DNA from: Ruditapes philippinarum
Taxonomy: Eukaryota
Assembly: GCF_026571515.1 (NCBI RefSeq)
Contig: NW_026851538.1
Location: 22,164 to 86,163 of the forward strand
Direction of reading: 5' to 3'
Length of the DNA stretch: 64,000 nt
Of the stretch, positions 50,891 to 63,534 are shown piece by piece. The notes under the pieces are model-generated. The model was given only the letters and a program-made list of their open reading frames with translations, had not been told where the DNA came from and did not search any database. Position 1 is the first letter of the stretch. The number at the start of each line of letters is the position of its first letter. The translations under genes were made by a program, and so were the position numbers.

Positions 50891-52437
50891 AACACATTTT
50901 ATACTTTGACATGTAACCTCTATTTCAAACATGTCGATACATTGTCAAACATTCTACAGTACTTTAGAAACACAACTGTGTAATCACGTGATACTTTTTA
51001 GACATGATATACTTATCTTTTGTAAGTGTCAAAAGGACATCCGTGATAGTTGTCAAGGCCATCATAAGTTTGGCGATTTTTTGTATATTTCTCGGCCCTT
51101 TCCGTCAAACTTCAGATAGTGACACGAACATAACGGAAACGGTAGTTTAGTTTATACCCTACAAAATATTAACTTACGTAAAGCAAGTAAATACTTCGGC
51201 TTGCAGAAAATGATAAAGTAAACATCATTATTATTTTTTTTTTTTGCAAATTATTACTTTTTGTACAAATAGCATGCCAGTTAACGATGGAATGTATGTC
51301 TAGGGGTATACTAAAATTGAATACATTTTTCAATAATATTTTACCAAAAGACCATGTACACTTCAGATGACAATTGATGTATTCTTACTTATAATGCAAA
51401 AATTAAACCCATACCAAAAATCACGTGGTAAAAACTTCTTCCCGTTTGTATTATTTCCCAAAACGGCGAAGTGCTCTTTATAATTATTCGTTATTGGCGA
51501 AGTGTCCAAATAATTATTAGAAATTGCCACAGAGGTTCCCCTGATCGGGGTAGACGAATCAATAAGTTCGGACAATTCCGGTATATTTCGCCACTTTCCG
51601 TAACAGTAATTTTCGATACGACCATAAGCATCAAACAGCAAAGATGAACATAATCTCAGAAGTATTTGAATTGACAAATATAATTAGAATATCAGCATTT
51701 CAGAGCCGAATGGTTGTACAGATCACGAAAACATGTAGACCCAGTCACAAATCGTCTAAAATTTGACACACATTCCCTCTGTCCACTCACTTAAGACATG
51801 TTCATAATATAAGCACACGGTAATACTAAAATTGAACATGTATTAGGAAATCACGCTTAAGTAAAATGAAAGAATACAGCAAAAACTTTATTTGATTATT
51901 TGTTTTGTTTGTACATAATTGCGTTGTATATTGATAATCATTTAGTATTTATTTAAGCGTTTGCAAATTTTCAGGTTGCTAGGTATATATAGTTTCATAA
52001 GTATAAAAGTTTGATCAGTTTAGGGCAAGCAGTCTAAACTGTGACGATTTGTTGTTGGAATTGATCGCGGATTGGTGGTAATACATCAGCCGGCAAGGTA
52101 ATTAGATATTTGCTGTAATAATCATGGAAGAGTCCGTTTTTTTAAAAAAATGTTTTACAAGGATATTTGGGATGATATATGTTATTTAATAAATTTTATA
52201 GTCTGTTATACACTAAGATATGAAGGAAGGAGACTTTTTAAAAAAATATATATAAAAAAAAAAAATTAAAAAAAATGATATAGTAAATAAAAAAATCAAA
52301 TTAAAAAAATCAAATACCGGTAATAATAATAAAAAATGATAAAAATGAAAATTAAAAATAGATAAATAAATCGAATACTCGCCTGAACAAGAGATATTTA
52401 TGTTCTTGACCCTCGCTCATTTTACAGTATAACTAAA

Positions 52438-52582
52438 ATGGCGGTTTCGTACCGATGTCTTTTACTGGCGTTGCTATGCTGCCAAGTGAACCTAATGGAA
52501 TGTTTTATGCTAGCAAGTAGGTCACTTCCAGCGGTTAAATTGAGCATGTTAAAACCACAAGGGATCAGATTTTCATTTCCAG
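52438..52582 (+). CDS. beta-1,3-glucanase / LGBP-like gene exon 1: signal peptide and start of betaGRP N-domain (MAVSYRCLLLALLCCQVNLMECFMLASRSLPAVKLSMLKPQGIRFSFP)
   Basis: ATG at 52438, hydrophobic signal, donor gtaatg. LPAVKLSMLKPQGIRFSFP matches the insect betaGRP N-domain VPSAKLEAIYPKGLRVSVP. Preceded by an A-rich low-complexity stretch. Confidence 0.75.
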
Positions 52583-52622
52583 GTAATGTATATTAATAGT
52601 TAATATCAATAGATAAGTAAAA

Positions 52623-52768
52623 TGAGCCGCGTCACGACAAAACCAACATAATGGGTCTGCGACCAGCACGGATCCAGACCAGCCTGCGCATCCCCTCTGA
52701 TGCGCAGGCTGGTCTGGACCCATGCTGGTCGCAAACGCACTATGTTGGTTTTGTCGTGACGCGGCTCA
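52623..52768. mobile_element. palindromic MITE copy e (146-bp near-perfect palindrome), 41 bp after the glucanase exon-1 donor
   Basis: tgagccgcgtcacgacaaaaccaacataatgggtctgcgaccagcacggatccagaccagcctgcgcatcccctctgatgcgcaggctggtctgga...gcggctca. Confidence 0.85.
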
Positions 52769-52804
52769 AATTTATAGTATCATAGAAACGAGTTAGTTAC
52801 GAGC

Positions 52805-52925
52805 GTATTTAAGTCATGTTTCGATTTTCATTGAGGGACTTTTGGTCATTTTTTAAAACAACGTCGAGGGTTTCTGTCCTACATATTCTGTTCGACAACA
52901 GTGGACAAATGCCCCTCTGTTATAA
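52805..52925 (+). repeat. dispersed repeat of about 120 bp, copy 2
   Basis: Homologous to 50770-50890. Confidence 0.6.
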
Positions 52926-53544
52926 AAAATATCGAGGCCAAAAGGTCAAGACGATCTTTTTTTTTATCAGAAACAACCCAAGATGTCGCCCGAGCAAGTA
53001 TTATATCCCCGTTACTAACGAGTGTCATATATTATAACTGTTTTATCGCAATTTCATTATTCAGGAATCAGGAAAAGAATTGCTGTCTTCGGTGCTTTCT
53101 TCTCTCTAGTACCCTGCCTTAATTGTTACAAAATGAAAACCCTAGAAAAAAAATGAAATTCCAACTTATGCTGTCGTTAGCAACCATACAGCTATATATA
53201 ATATGTCAGTCAAGTGCATGCGCATTGTTCAGTTGTGTTTGATGTCGCATTTTTTTAAATCTCCTATTTTAGGACGTAGGTAATGTATTACCCTTTTTCA
53301 GTGGTAATATTTTTATCAGTTGATGCACCCTTTTCAGTTTTCGGACTTGTATATTGGTATTACTTTTTTCAGTGGTAATAACTCTTTTAGTTGACGTACC
53401 CTTCAACTGTATATAGCAGTTGAGATGATATTCCTATATGAATCAAGGAGAAAGAAAAATAACAGCACTGTTAAATATCAATACATTTTTCAAATCCTCA
53501 TTTTAAGTGTACTGAATATAAAAGGTTAGAAAGAACAATGAAAA

Positions 53545-53710
53545 AATCCAAACCAGGCGATAAGCTTATTGAAACACGCTCGAATTCTGTTCATGGAACT
53601 GACCACTACTAAGCAATAAATGTAAAATTTCTTGTTCACGGACACAAATGCTTGTCCCTGACGAGGTCTTTCATTACTAGTCCAAAGTGTTAACCACTCA
53701 GCCAAAGCCA
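53545..53710 (-). mobile_element. tRNA-derived SINE (minus orientation; ggctgagtggttaacactttggactagtaatgaaag)
   Basis: Same family as 37255-37455. Confidence 0.6.
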
Positions 53711-54202
53711 TCATTCTTAAGCCAGGAACTTGACTTTGTGACAAGCAAAGATTTGTTAACAACTTTGCTTTTTGTTGTGATCAGTAAAATCCCCGCCGCC
53801 TGGAATCCGAAACACCTTCCTATGCAATTCCTCGCATGTCTCCGGGAATGAAGGCCAGCGGCCAGAGTTACAAATGACGGGAACTTAACGGGTTCTTCAA
53901 TATGTACATGCACCAAGCATTTGTAATTTAGTACATTGGTATTACAATTTACATTTTGTCATATAGAATGCCTTAGCAAGATTTTTTATTAACCGTACAT
54001 TAGTTATTTTGTGTGCATATGTTTCATTTAGTATGCCGCAAGACTGGAATAAGATTATTATTACAAATTTGTCATGATAATGCGATAATTTCAGTTAACT
54101 GAATAAAACGAAAAGAAACAAAACAAAAAAAACCCCGAAAAGCAGAGACTTTTTATAACGAGTAATACTATCTTTTTGTATGTATGTATGTATATATTTC
54201 AG

Positions 54203-54304
54203 ATGTAAATGGCGTTTCCCTGGTGTCATACCACTATAGCATCAATTCACCACTGCCGGACTTATCTGCTGGGCAGGTAGGAGTTGACGTCAACACAAAA
54301 ACTG
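54203..54304 (+). CDS. glucanase gene exon 2 ((D)VNGVSLVSYHYSINSPLPDLSAGQVGVDVNTKT + G partial)
   Basis: Acceptor atatttcag, donor gtaatt, phase links to exon 1. Aligns to betaGRP [25 protein letters not shown]. Confidence 0.75.
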
Positions 54305-54429
54305 GTAATTTTACGAATGCGGCCATTGGTCATTTACATAACTTAATATGTGCAATAAAGTATCAAAAAGTAAACAATATCACGGATAAAGCAATATCAC
54401 GTTTTAATCATTGAAAGTGTAAAAAAGCA

Positions 54430-54990
54430 CTTAGATAATAGGACATTGACTTACAATTTTAGTGCGTCAATAGGACATTGTCTTACAATTTAAGTTCGGT
54501 ACTAAGATATTGCCTTACAATTAAGGTTCATTAATAGGATATTGTCTTACAATAAGAGTTCATTAATAGGATATTGCCTTACAATTACAGTTCATTAATA
54601 GGATATTGTCTTACAATTAAGGTTCATTAATAGGATATTGTCTTACAATTAAGGTTCATTAATAGGATATTGTCTTACAATTACAGTTCATTAATAGCTC
54701 ATTGTATTACAATTATGGTGAGAAAATAGGACATGGTCTTACAATGAGAGTTCATTAATAGGATATTGCCTTACAATTACAGGGCGTTAATAGGACATCG
54801 TCTTTCAATTATAGTTTGTTAATAGGACAAGATCTTACAATTTGAGGTCATTAATATGATATTGGGCGTTTATTGGACATTGTCTTACAATTAGAGTTCA
54901 TTAATAGGACATTTCATTGTCTTACAATCATAGTGTGTTAATAGGACTTGGTCTTACAATTAGTGGTCGTTAATAGGACATTGTCTTATG
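54430..54990. repeat. minisatellite: about 17 units of 33 bp (aataggatattgtcttacaattaaggttcatt) in glucanase intron 2
   Basis: Periodicity read directly. Confidence 0.85.
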
Positions 54991-55301
54991 CCAGAGGCCC
55001 GTATACTATAATTTTATTCAATTCGTTCAATAAATTTAGTATTAAATCTATACACTCATTCAATATCCTCTATATTTGTGCTATCAATGCTAAACATTTT
55101 GTATTAGACGAAACAAAGACGGTCCATCGCCTGCAACATTAATATGCAGCGGGTTTGTGTGTATTGAACAGCTATCCAATGAAAATGGACGTTACAAACA
55201 TGCAGTGTTATCACATTGCTCACATGAGTTTTTTTCAAAATGAAAATGAGTAACTAAAGTATTTAAATTCCAATTGCACCAAGTGGTTTTATGTATTGCA
55301 G

Positions 55302-55427
55302 GTAACGAATGGGTACATGAAAATTCGAATGTGGTTGTGAACCCTGGGGATACAGTTAACTATTGGTACAACGTCATACAAAATGGTGAAGGTCACGTGG
55401 TCAAAGGCCAGTCATGGACGGCGTCAA
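55302..55427 (+). CDS. glucanase gene exon 3 ((G)NEWVHENSNVVVNPGDTVNYWYNVIQNGEGHVVKGQSWTAS)
   Basis: Acceptor atgtattgcag, donor gtgagt. Aligns to betaGRP ...KLKVGDTIYYWTYVIYNGLGY... Confidence 0.8.
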
Positions 55428-55734
55428 GTGAGTTCCCACCAGCGTTTAAAAAGAAAATTCCTTTAGAATTATTAGTGAAAAAACATGTTCATGTACTTTT
55501 CTTTTATTTTGTTTAGTAATTGAACTGAATATGCGAACTGAAAAATAATACACGCATATTTATAGTTTGTAAATCAATCTTTTTTGTACTGACCTGTCAC
55601 GATATTATAAAGAAATTTATCTCCGTCGATATTCTAGAAATTTGAAAATCAAAAGTTTTTTTCGTGTAACAACAATCAAATACACTTTTAAGACTAACAG
55701 CATTTCATAATTATTAATTTCCTTTTTTTTAAAG

Positions 55735-56138
55735 ATCCAACAAACCCGACTACAACAACCACAACGACAAGAAGACCAACAACGCATGCCCAAACACAGA
55801 CGCCTGCTAAAACTACAAAATCTATCTTTAGCAACATGCAGGCGTATTACAACAGTTTGAATGGTTCTGGAACTACAAACACAGGTTCAGGAACAGTAAC
55901 TTCCGGTACCCAGTCAGGGACTTCCGGTACACAAAATACCCAGAATACCCAGAATGTTGTATCCGGAACCTCGAGTCAATCTACTTCAGGTGGATCATGC
56001 GGTTGCCAAGGCAAATCAATACGCCCACCAGGATCAGAATTATCCTGCACGACTTTTCCATGTATGATATTCGAAGATAATTTTGATTTCCTAAACTTGG
56101 ATGTTTGGGAGCACGAAATTACAGCGGGAGGAGGCGGA
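55735..56138 (+). CDS. glucanase gene exon 4: Thr/Ser/Gly/Gln-rich linker, then the start of the GH16 domain (...PPGSELSCTTFPCMIFEDNFDFLNLDVWEHEITAGGGG)
   Basis: Acceptor ttttttttaaag, donor gtaata, 2+402 nt. FEDNFD...LD.WEHE.T.GGG is a GH16 laminarinase N-terminal motif. Confidence 0.8.
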
Positions 56139-56490
56139 GTAATATTTCTTTTTAGTAACTGCAATGTTAAAATAATTTGTAGAGAACTGTTTTCTTTGGT
56201 GATTTGCATGGTTTGATCAGTTTGTTTTAAGTTCCTAATGAGTTGCCAGTTCAGCAATTCCAGAATACAAGCTGATATGTATAAGTGACCCACACAAAGT
56301 TTCACAAACACACAATTTTAGATAATGAAGCATGCAACAGTTAATCAACAAAAATGATGATTTTATTTCTTACATTTTATCAAACACTATATTTTCCCCC
56401 GTCCAAAATGGTCAGCAATTGTAAGGCAATCATCTTATATCTGTACTTGCATGTTTTCTAATTTATAAAACACGTTCTTATATATTTCAG

Positions 56491-56565
56491 AACTGGGAAT
56501 TTCAGTATTATACAAACAATCGTACCAACAGCTATGTAAAGGATGGGAAATTGTTCATTAAACCG
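56491..56565 (+). CDS. glucanase gene exon 5 (NWEFQYYTNNRTNSYVKDGKLFIKP)
   Basis: Acceptor tatatttcag, donor gtaaga, 25 codons. Mollusc/arthropod GH16: GGGNWEFQYYTNNRSNSYVRDGKLFIKP. Confidence 0.88.
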
Positions 56566-57744
56566 GTAAGAATGAACTTAAACAAGATATTCGGACCACA
56601 GGTGTATTTTGATATTTGATACATGTTTTTAATTCAAATTCCGTTATTTTTCACAACAACAAAAAAAAAACAATAAAAAACAATACATGTATACTTAATA
56701 AAGGTATACAACTCGCCGCTCATTTTTCAGCACTCATCTTAATATGAGCTCCTTAACTCCAACATTTTTTCACCAATTTACAAATGGTAGGAAAGTGAAA
56801 ATAAAGCTGTCATTACAGTCATTTCAAGTTATAAGAAGATAGGTCATCACGATGTCACCGCAAGTCTATGTCGACAGGGTTTTGAAAATTGAAAATTACC
56901 CGGCTAAATGGCGGTTTATTCGAAACGAATGGATTGTTTATATTGCTTATATAAATATAATAAAATTATATTATTATTTGCAATAACTGTTTAACCAAAA
57001 CATCATATAAAACAATAACGAACCTACTTTGTTCTGATTTGTCACTTCTCAATCCAAAATGAAAGTTCGGAATCAGCAGAGTAAAAAATCTTCCCTTAAT
57101 TTTTGTATGAAGTATTTTCATTGGTTATGTGAAAACCTCAGACCAAAAAAAATACACTTCAAGAAATAATGGGGGAGAGCACTTAGCTTCACCCGTTGCT
57201 TGTATTACGATTTGGAATTTGACATATCGGAAAAACGGTATATATACGGTTGTGAATGATTACAAAATATATAGTCAAACAGATTTTTAACAAGTAAAAA
57301 GGACACCTTAAATAGAAGAAAAATCATCACTATCGATATGCTATAATTTAATTTCAATGTTTACAAAATAGATATTTTCTTAAAAGCTACAAGAAATAAT
57401 TATCAGATTGCTACCATATTTACTTTTTGTATTGAACACTTTAAAATAACATACGTTTGCATGTTAAACAGGTACACTTCGACCGAGTATCTTTTTAAAA
57501 GATGCTTCCCGTTTGTGCGTTAATTAAGTTGACAAAGTCGCTGACTTCGGATTACCTTTACTGCTGTGAAGGGGGGGGGGGGGGGGGGTGGTTAATCCTA
57601 CAATCTGGATTTTCAAAATAAGGAAGCTATTCATTATCCTCAAAGAGGGTCGTTGTTTTTAATAAAGAACCTATCGACCTGAGGTCTTCCTCTATTAACC
57701 AGCCAAATAAAATTGTATATGCGCTGTTCTTTTTCTGTTTTCAG

Positions 57745-57811
57745 ACATTCACCATCGAGTCAATAAATGACGGTCCAGACAGTTTGACGAAAGGATCTTT
57801 AGATATATGGG
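57745..57811 (+). CDS. glucanase gene exon 6 (TFTIESINDGPDSLTKGSLDIW + G partial)
   Basis: Acceptor ctgttttcag, donor gtatgt. Aligns to TLTADKFGEAFLSSGTLDLWG. Confidence 0.75.
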
Positions 57812-57889
57812 GTATGTAAAATATAAACATTTTGGGTTGCAAGACAAAAAAAAAGTTATTTCGAGGGAAGAAAGAATGACAGAAGCGGT

Positions 57890-58130
57890 AGCTGATAGTG
57901 ATATGTCTTCAGTATCGTCTGTAACGTAGCCGAGTTGTTAAGATTGTTGCCTTCAAACTTCTGGCCATTCACGACTGTGTGTTCGAATCCCGCCAGGGAC
58001 TATGGCTTCTTTCATGTGAGGAAGCTATCCCGCTAGCAAACGGAAATATCGGTGATTCTACACAGTGCCCGTTCGTGCCTGAAATAATGACACGGAGGGG
58101 CACCTGAGGTTCCACACCCAACATCATCCC
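57890..58130 (+). mobile_element. tRNA-derived SINE in glucanase intron 6, flanked by G19 (57571-57588) upstream and C9 (58128-58136) at its 3' end
   Basis: B-box gtgttcgaatcccgcc and core gtgcctgaaataatgacacggaggggcacctgaggt. Confidence 0.6.
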
Positions 58131-58159
58131 CCCCCCATAAAAAATGCAGTAACTACCTT

Positions 58160-61100
58160 TATGAGCAATAAGTTGAAACCATGGTTTATGGAACAGAATT
58201 AATGCATTTATTCTATCTTGCTTGATGACATTGGAACTTGCATTATGCTTAATTCCATCTTGCTTGATGACATTGGAACTTGCATTATGCTTGATTCCAT
58301 CTTGCCTGATGACATTGGAACTTGCATTATGCTTAATTCCATCTTGCTACATGACATTAGAACTTGCATTATGATTGATTCCATCTTGCTTTATGATATT
58401 TAAAAGTTGCATTATTCTGGATTCCATTTTTCATTATTTCATTCAAACATTTCGTAGTGACCTTTTCTTTCATTGAGTGATAACTATTAAAGTGGAACAA
58501 GCCATTTGGAATACTAAAATGTTAACGTCTTATACCTTTATGTATAAGCTACCTTTCTTCATGCTCTATACAAACCATTTACGGTTTAGTTTTTTTTTGT
58601 ATTACTTTTATGTAGAAGTCATTCAAAATTGACTATTTTTTGTTCCCTGGTGGATTTTGTTAAAATGGGACTTATTTGATTTACAGCTCGCATGGCGTGA
58701 TTACCATTAGCTTTCGCTTATATCCATTATTCAGTGTTTATGATTAATAAAGCTCGGTGTCTGAGGCTTTGTGGATTATGGTTGAACTTCTTACATTATG
58801 ATAAACAATTTAAACAATGTCTAGCGATTTGTGAACTGTTAAGGGGCGAGAACTCTGTTATCGATATCAACGGATTTTTTCCATGATCCGCCTATCATCG
58901 GAATTTTCCGTAGATGTATATATTACGGAATACCGTTAGGGCCATCGTGGTTATACGTTAAAATACAGAGGGCGACAATGCTATAAATACGTACCAAGCG
59001 CTTAATACATTAATTGCAGTGGAAAGAATATAAATACAAGTAGTAAGGATTATGCAATATAATTTTATACATGTATATGTATACAGTCCAATAGAAAAAA
59101 TATGCTCGTAAACAGTTACTGAATGGGGCAGTTATACGTACAGTGGCGGATTCAGGCCTTGGCTTAAGGGCTGCACCTACCCCCAAAGATACGTTGATGA
59201 ACTGGGATGGAATATATACGTGTAAGTTTCATGCAATAGTGGTCATAGTGTACTCCCTTATCAAAACATAAAATTATAATGCTGTCATCCAGTTGTTAAG
59301 CACCTGCCTACGATTGCGAAGGTCTTTATCTAATGACTTGGACATTGAAAAGCAAAACTTATTAATTGGCCTTTTAACTTAATAAATGTCTCAGTCACTA
59401 ATAGTGGCGAATAGGTATGTAACACATTAAAATATACATGTATAATAAGGAAAGAAGGAAGTTGTTTATTTTTGTGACATGTGCATAGTCAATTACAAAT
59501 GTTGGGCATATGTGTATCTGATTATAGATCAGACATCCCGCACACACCACCACATTCACATACATTTGTGCTTAAAGATATACTATGCACATCTTTCAGT
59601 AATATATTTTTATCACAGAAATTTATTGAAATCTATAAAATTCTTACTAAATATGTTTTATTTAAATAAAAACACATACACATAATGTATAGGAATCTGC
59701 TTTCCTTATTACGGGCAAGTAAAGTTGTGCCTGTCTTTAAAAGAAACTTCCATATATATTTTTGTAATAACACTATACATGAATATTCATACTGCCCAAT
59801 TACAGTGTAAAGTATTTAAAGCACAATGTTTGTGTGAAGCCAAATTATATTTATTTTATTTTACAAAAACAAAATCAAGTTTGTACTTTACTAAGTCGTG
59901 GCCACGAGTTACTAAGTGACATGTGTGTGTTTTTATTTATCTCTTTAGTTATAGCCCTTTGTTGGGACAATTCTATGATAGAATTTGTCATTTTGTACGT
60001 ACAAAGGCCTGTTAAGTAATAGAAAGAGCACCGAAACACGAGGTTATCTGATTTGTACGAGGGGGCGTAGCCCCCGAGTATTAATCAGATTACCGAGTGT
60101 TTTGGTGTTCTTTCTCTTTTGTATCATAGTCAAACATAAAAACACGTTCCCTGTTGTTACAATATGAAACCCCGGCAAAAATGAACCAATGAACGAGCAT
60201 CTAAAATTGACATTTCTGTCGATTTCACTTTCACTGCCGTCACAATATGTAAACCCCAGCAAAAATGAGCCAATCAATGGGCATGCTCTAGAGTGCGGGT
60301 AACTAATACCCGCACTCCAGTTAACGCACTGTGCATGTATATGTATACGATTTAACCCTGACACATTTTCAAAAGAAAGGTCTCCAAACTATGATACAAC
60401 ATTGTTTATACCATAACTTGAGAGGGACTTAGTCCTGGTTTATTTTATTGGGAAGGGACATTGCTCATGGACAGTAGATATCCTATAAGGATGTTTGAGG
60501 TCAGAGGTCAGATAAACATGACACTTCATGCAAAATCCTTGTCTGATGAATGATTTAGAAAGAATAAGCCGTAGTTTATATAACCTAAAAAGATCAGTAG
60601 ATGACACCAAATAATTTTTAGGCAATTTGGTCAGAAATCAGGGTCACAATGACGCTAAATCTTTGACCAATCAATAACTTGTATAAATGGCACTTTTACG
60701 GACAAATGAAGTAGGTGCATCCTTGTTAGGAAAATTCATATAAATAGTGTAATTTGATGGGTTATTTATCTCGTTCGCACGACTTAACTTTTTCTTGGCC
60801 ACGACTAAACTTTCTCGTGGCCACGACATAGTAACTTGTTCCAACGACATATTTATCTCGTGGCCACGACTTAGTAACTCGTGGCCACGACTAAGTTATC
60901 TCGTTCCCACGACTTAATTACCTCGTGGCCACGATTTTAGTAACTCGTGGCCCACAACATAGTATCTCGTTCCCACGACATAACTATCTCGTGGCACGAC
61001 TTAGTAACCCGTAGCCACGACACAGTATCTCGTGCGCACGAGATAAATAAAAACACACACGTCCACCTTCGTGCCACCTTAAGTTTGATAAAAATTCAAT

Positions 61101-62030
61101 TTCACTTATCACACCACGCTCAAAAAGAAGTGTAAACAATTGTATAAGAGGTGAGTTGCCACTTGTAGGATGAGTTATTAGAGACATATATAACTTTTTT
61201 TCCACATGCTGGGGGAATCTTCAAAAACACGCACTTTTCGTCTGTCGCATCGTGTTCTCCTTTTTTTTTAGTAAATTAACATGTCAGTCCCCAACTAACA
61301 CTGTTCTGTATACGCCCCTAATAAGTGGACGTAACTTTGTTTACTCCACGTGCCAAAATACGGGATCATCCGGAAAAATAACGGGATGTATCGACAAAGC
61401 GACACCTGCTGTTCATAATATGAAACACAAATTATTGCAACTCGCATTTATGCTTACTGCCAACTGCTGAGTGCGTAACTGTCACATGCGACTATAATAT
61501 CGCTATCGTTGTCATCTTCGTTGTCGATGCGCACTGATCATGCATTGCATTATATTTGTAATCAGTGAATATATTTGAAGCATATGAATGCTAAGAAACA
61601 TCAAATCAGCCAATTATTGATCTAAAATGAATAGTTTAAATTTGACATTAATGTCGACAATATAAGTGGCGGCAGATTTATAGCAAAAATTAAAGAATAC
61701 AACTACCATGTTACATTTTTATAGTTAATAAAGAATGTTATGCTGAACACCAAACATAATACGTTGTCCCTTAAAAAAGATGCAATTAAACATATAGCAT
61801 ATTAAAATATGTGAGTTTGATGGTTTAGTAGGGAACACACAAGGTTGCAATTACATGAAAGTGCATTCAGTAATAATAAAGGCATGATTGAATTCAGCAA
61901 AACGCAGGTTTTCATTGTCATAAAGAAGTATAGAAGCAAGCATAATGTAAGTTCCGATATCATAAAGCAAGATGGAATAAATGCATTAATTCTGTTCCAT
62001 AATGGTTCAAGGTTAAAATACTAGCGTAGT
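58160..62030. mobile_element. TIR-bounded insertion of about 3.9 kb in glucanase intron 6, apparently non-autonomous. A 42-bp tandem repeat (58218-58403, about 4.4 units) is expanded at the left end only. It also holds 21-23-bp tandem repeats (60775-61040), an 80-bp direct repeat (60165-60295) and two GC hairpins.
   Basis: Left end ccatggtttatggaacagaattaatgcatttattctatcttgcttgatgacattggaacttgcattatgctt. The reverse complement of 61940-62015 matches it: ccattatggaacagaattaatgcatttattccatcttgctttatgatatcggaacttacattatgctt. No transposase-like ORF was seen. Confidence 0.6.
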
Positions 62031-62181
62031 ACAAAGTAAACATCAAAATGAGGTTATGAAAACGTGTGTACAGTTTATTTCTAATCAACGTTATCGAAAA
62101 GCTGTTGTAAGAATGACACATAACAAAACAAAAATCCCAAACAAAAACAAATTAATCTTCAATATGAATATTTTCTGTCAG

Positions 62182-62364
62182 GTTCTCAGCCCGGTGATGT
62201 ATGCACTGCAAACAATTTCTGGGGATGCAAACGAGACGGTACGCCAGATCACATCATCAACCCCATCCAATCAGCACGACTCCGTAGCTCACGTGGGTTT
62301 AATTTTAAATATGGCAAAGTCGAAGTTCGCGCCAAAATGCCTACAGGAGATTGGATCTGGCCGG
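62182..62364 (+). CDS. glucanase gene exon 7 ((G)SQPGDVCTANNFWGCKRDGTPDHIINPIQSARLRSSRGFNFKYGKVEVRAKMPTGDWIWP)
   Basis: Acceptor ttttctgtcag, donor gtaaaa. GH16: GSPADLCTGNAWYGCERTG...IINPIKSARIRT...FRYGRLEVEAKLPTGDWLWP. The listed ORF 62056-62418 is the wrong frame over this exon. Confidence 0.85.
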
Positions 62365-62872
62365 GTAAAACAAATTATAAATAATTTCTCTTTCTTGACG
62401 TTTCATGTACTTTCTTAATAGATAATGCTTAAAATCCAAAATTGTCACGAATCCGTCACACATAAATAAACTTATTATGCGTTTCGGCGCAAAGTTATGA
62501 TATACATGTTTGTATATATGCTTTGGATATATAAGTGATGTAAGAATAGAAGTCACATGAGACATCTTTGAGGTTCAAAGATCCCATCAGATTTTTCAAC
62601 GTAAACATTGCATTTTCAATGAGACAGGAAATGACCTCTTGACACGAAAAAATATAATAAATAAATAAATGCAATGTATACAATTTATAATTATGTACAG
62701 TACATGTAGTAAAGTATGATACAATAAGCTTTAGTCAGCATAAATCAATATATATCCAAATACAGAACGGTATTTCAAAGTATTTACAAAGTGGAATTCG
62801 TTTTCTTCATTTAATTTACAAGTCAACTGTATTTTTCATTCAATTCATATTAAATTTGAACATTTTTTCCAG

Positions 62873-62950
62873 CTATTTGGATGTTACCGTTGAGAAATGC
62901 ATATGGAAGATGGCCAGCTTCTGGAGAGATCGACATTGTTGAGGCCAGAG
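62873..62950 (+). CDS. glucanase gene exon 8 with the catalytic motif ((A)IWMLPLRNAYGRWPASGEIDIVEAR + G partial)
   Basis: Acceptor cattttttccag, weak donor gttatt. The E-I-D-I-V-E GH16 signature is intact. Confidence 0.8.
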
Positions 62951-63534
62951 GTTATTTGGCTTTATAATTATTGCAATGTGCTTCAATTTTCATAACTGTT
63001 ATTAATTTATGGATTTGATTTATTCTTGGACAAAAGAACATTAATGACAAAACTGATGTGGTGAATAATTCAAATGTGATCTTGACCTTTGAATGACCTC
63101 GACTGTCAAGGTCAAATATGAAATTTATTTGTTTAAAAAAATATGTTTTGTAGTAGTACCCTTTACTGTATCCTTCCTGTTGTGACTTTAGAACTATGAA
63201 AAGTTCGAGCGTGACCCCCGCTATGAGATGGCTTTTGTTGGAAATTTCCATGATAAATTTTGGAGTTATCAAACTTAATTTTTAAGTTACTAGTTACAAA
63301 GTTAGCCAAAAGTACAGGGTCAAGTCGGATGGCACGGCTTTGAAACATCTCTATATACTCGTGGCAATGACTTGTTTAAACTACTAGTACCCTGTAAAAG
63401 TTTGGTGGCTCTCAAATACGTGGGCCCATTAAAAGCCTTGACAATTTCCCATCAAAAAAGTTGTAATAAAACAAAAGTCTACTTACCTAACTCATTACAG
63501 TTATTAGGAAAATTTGTTATTTCTTTGTTGCTAG

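Noticed and set aside
62056-62418. Listed 120-aa plus-strand ORF
   Set aside because: It overlaps glucanase exon 7 in the wrong frame. The GH16-homologous frame is the spliced exon 62182-62364.
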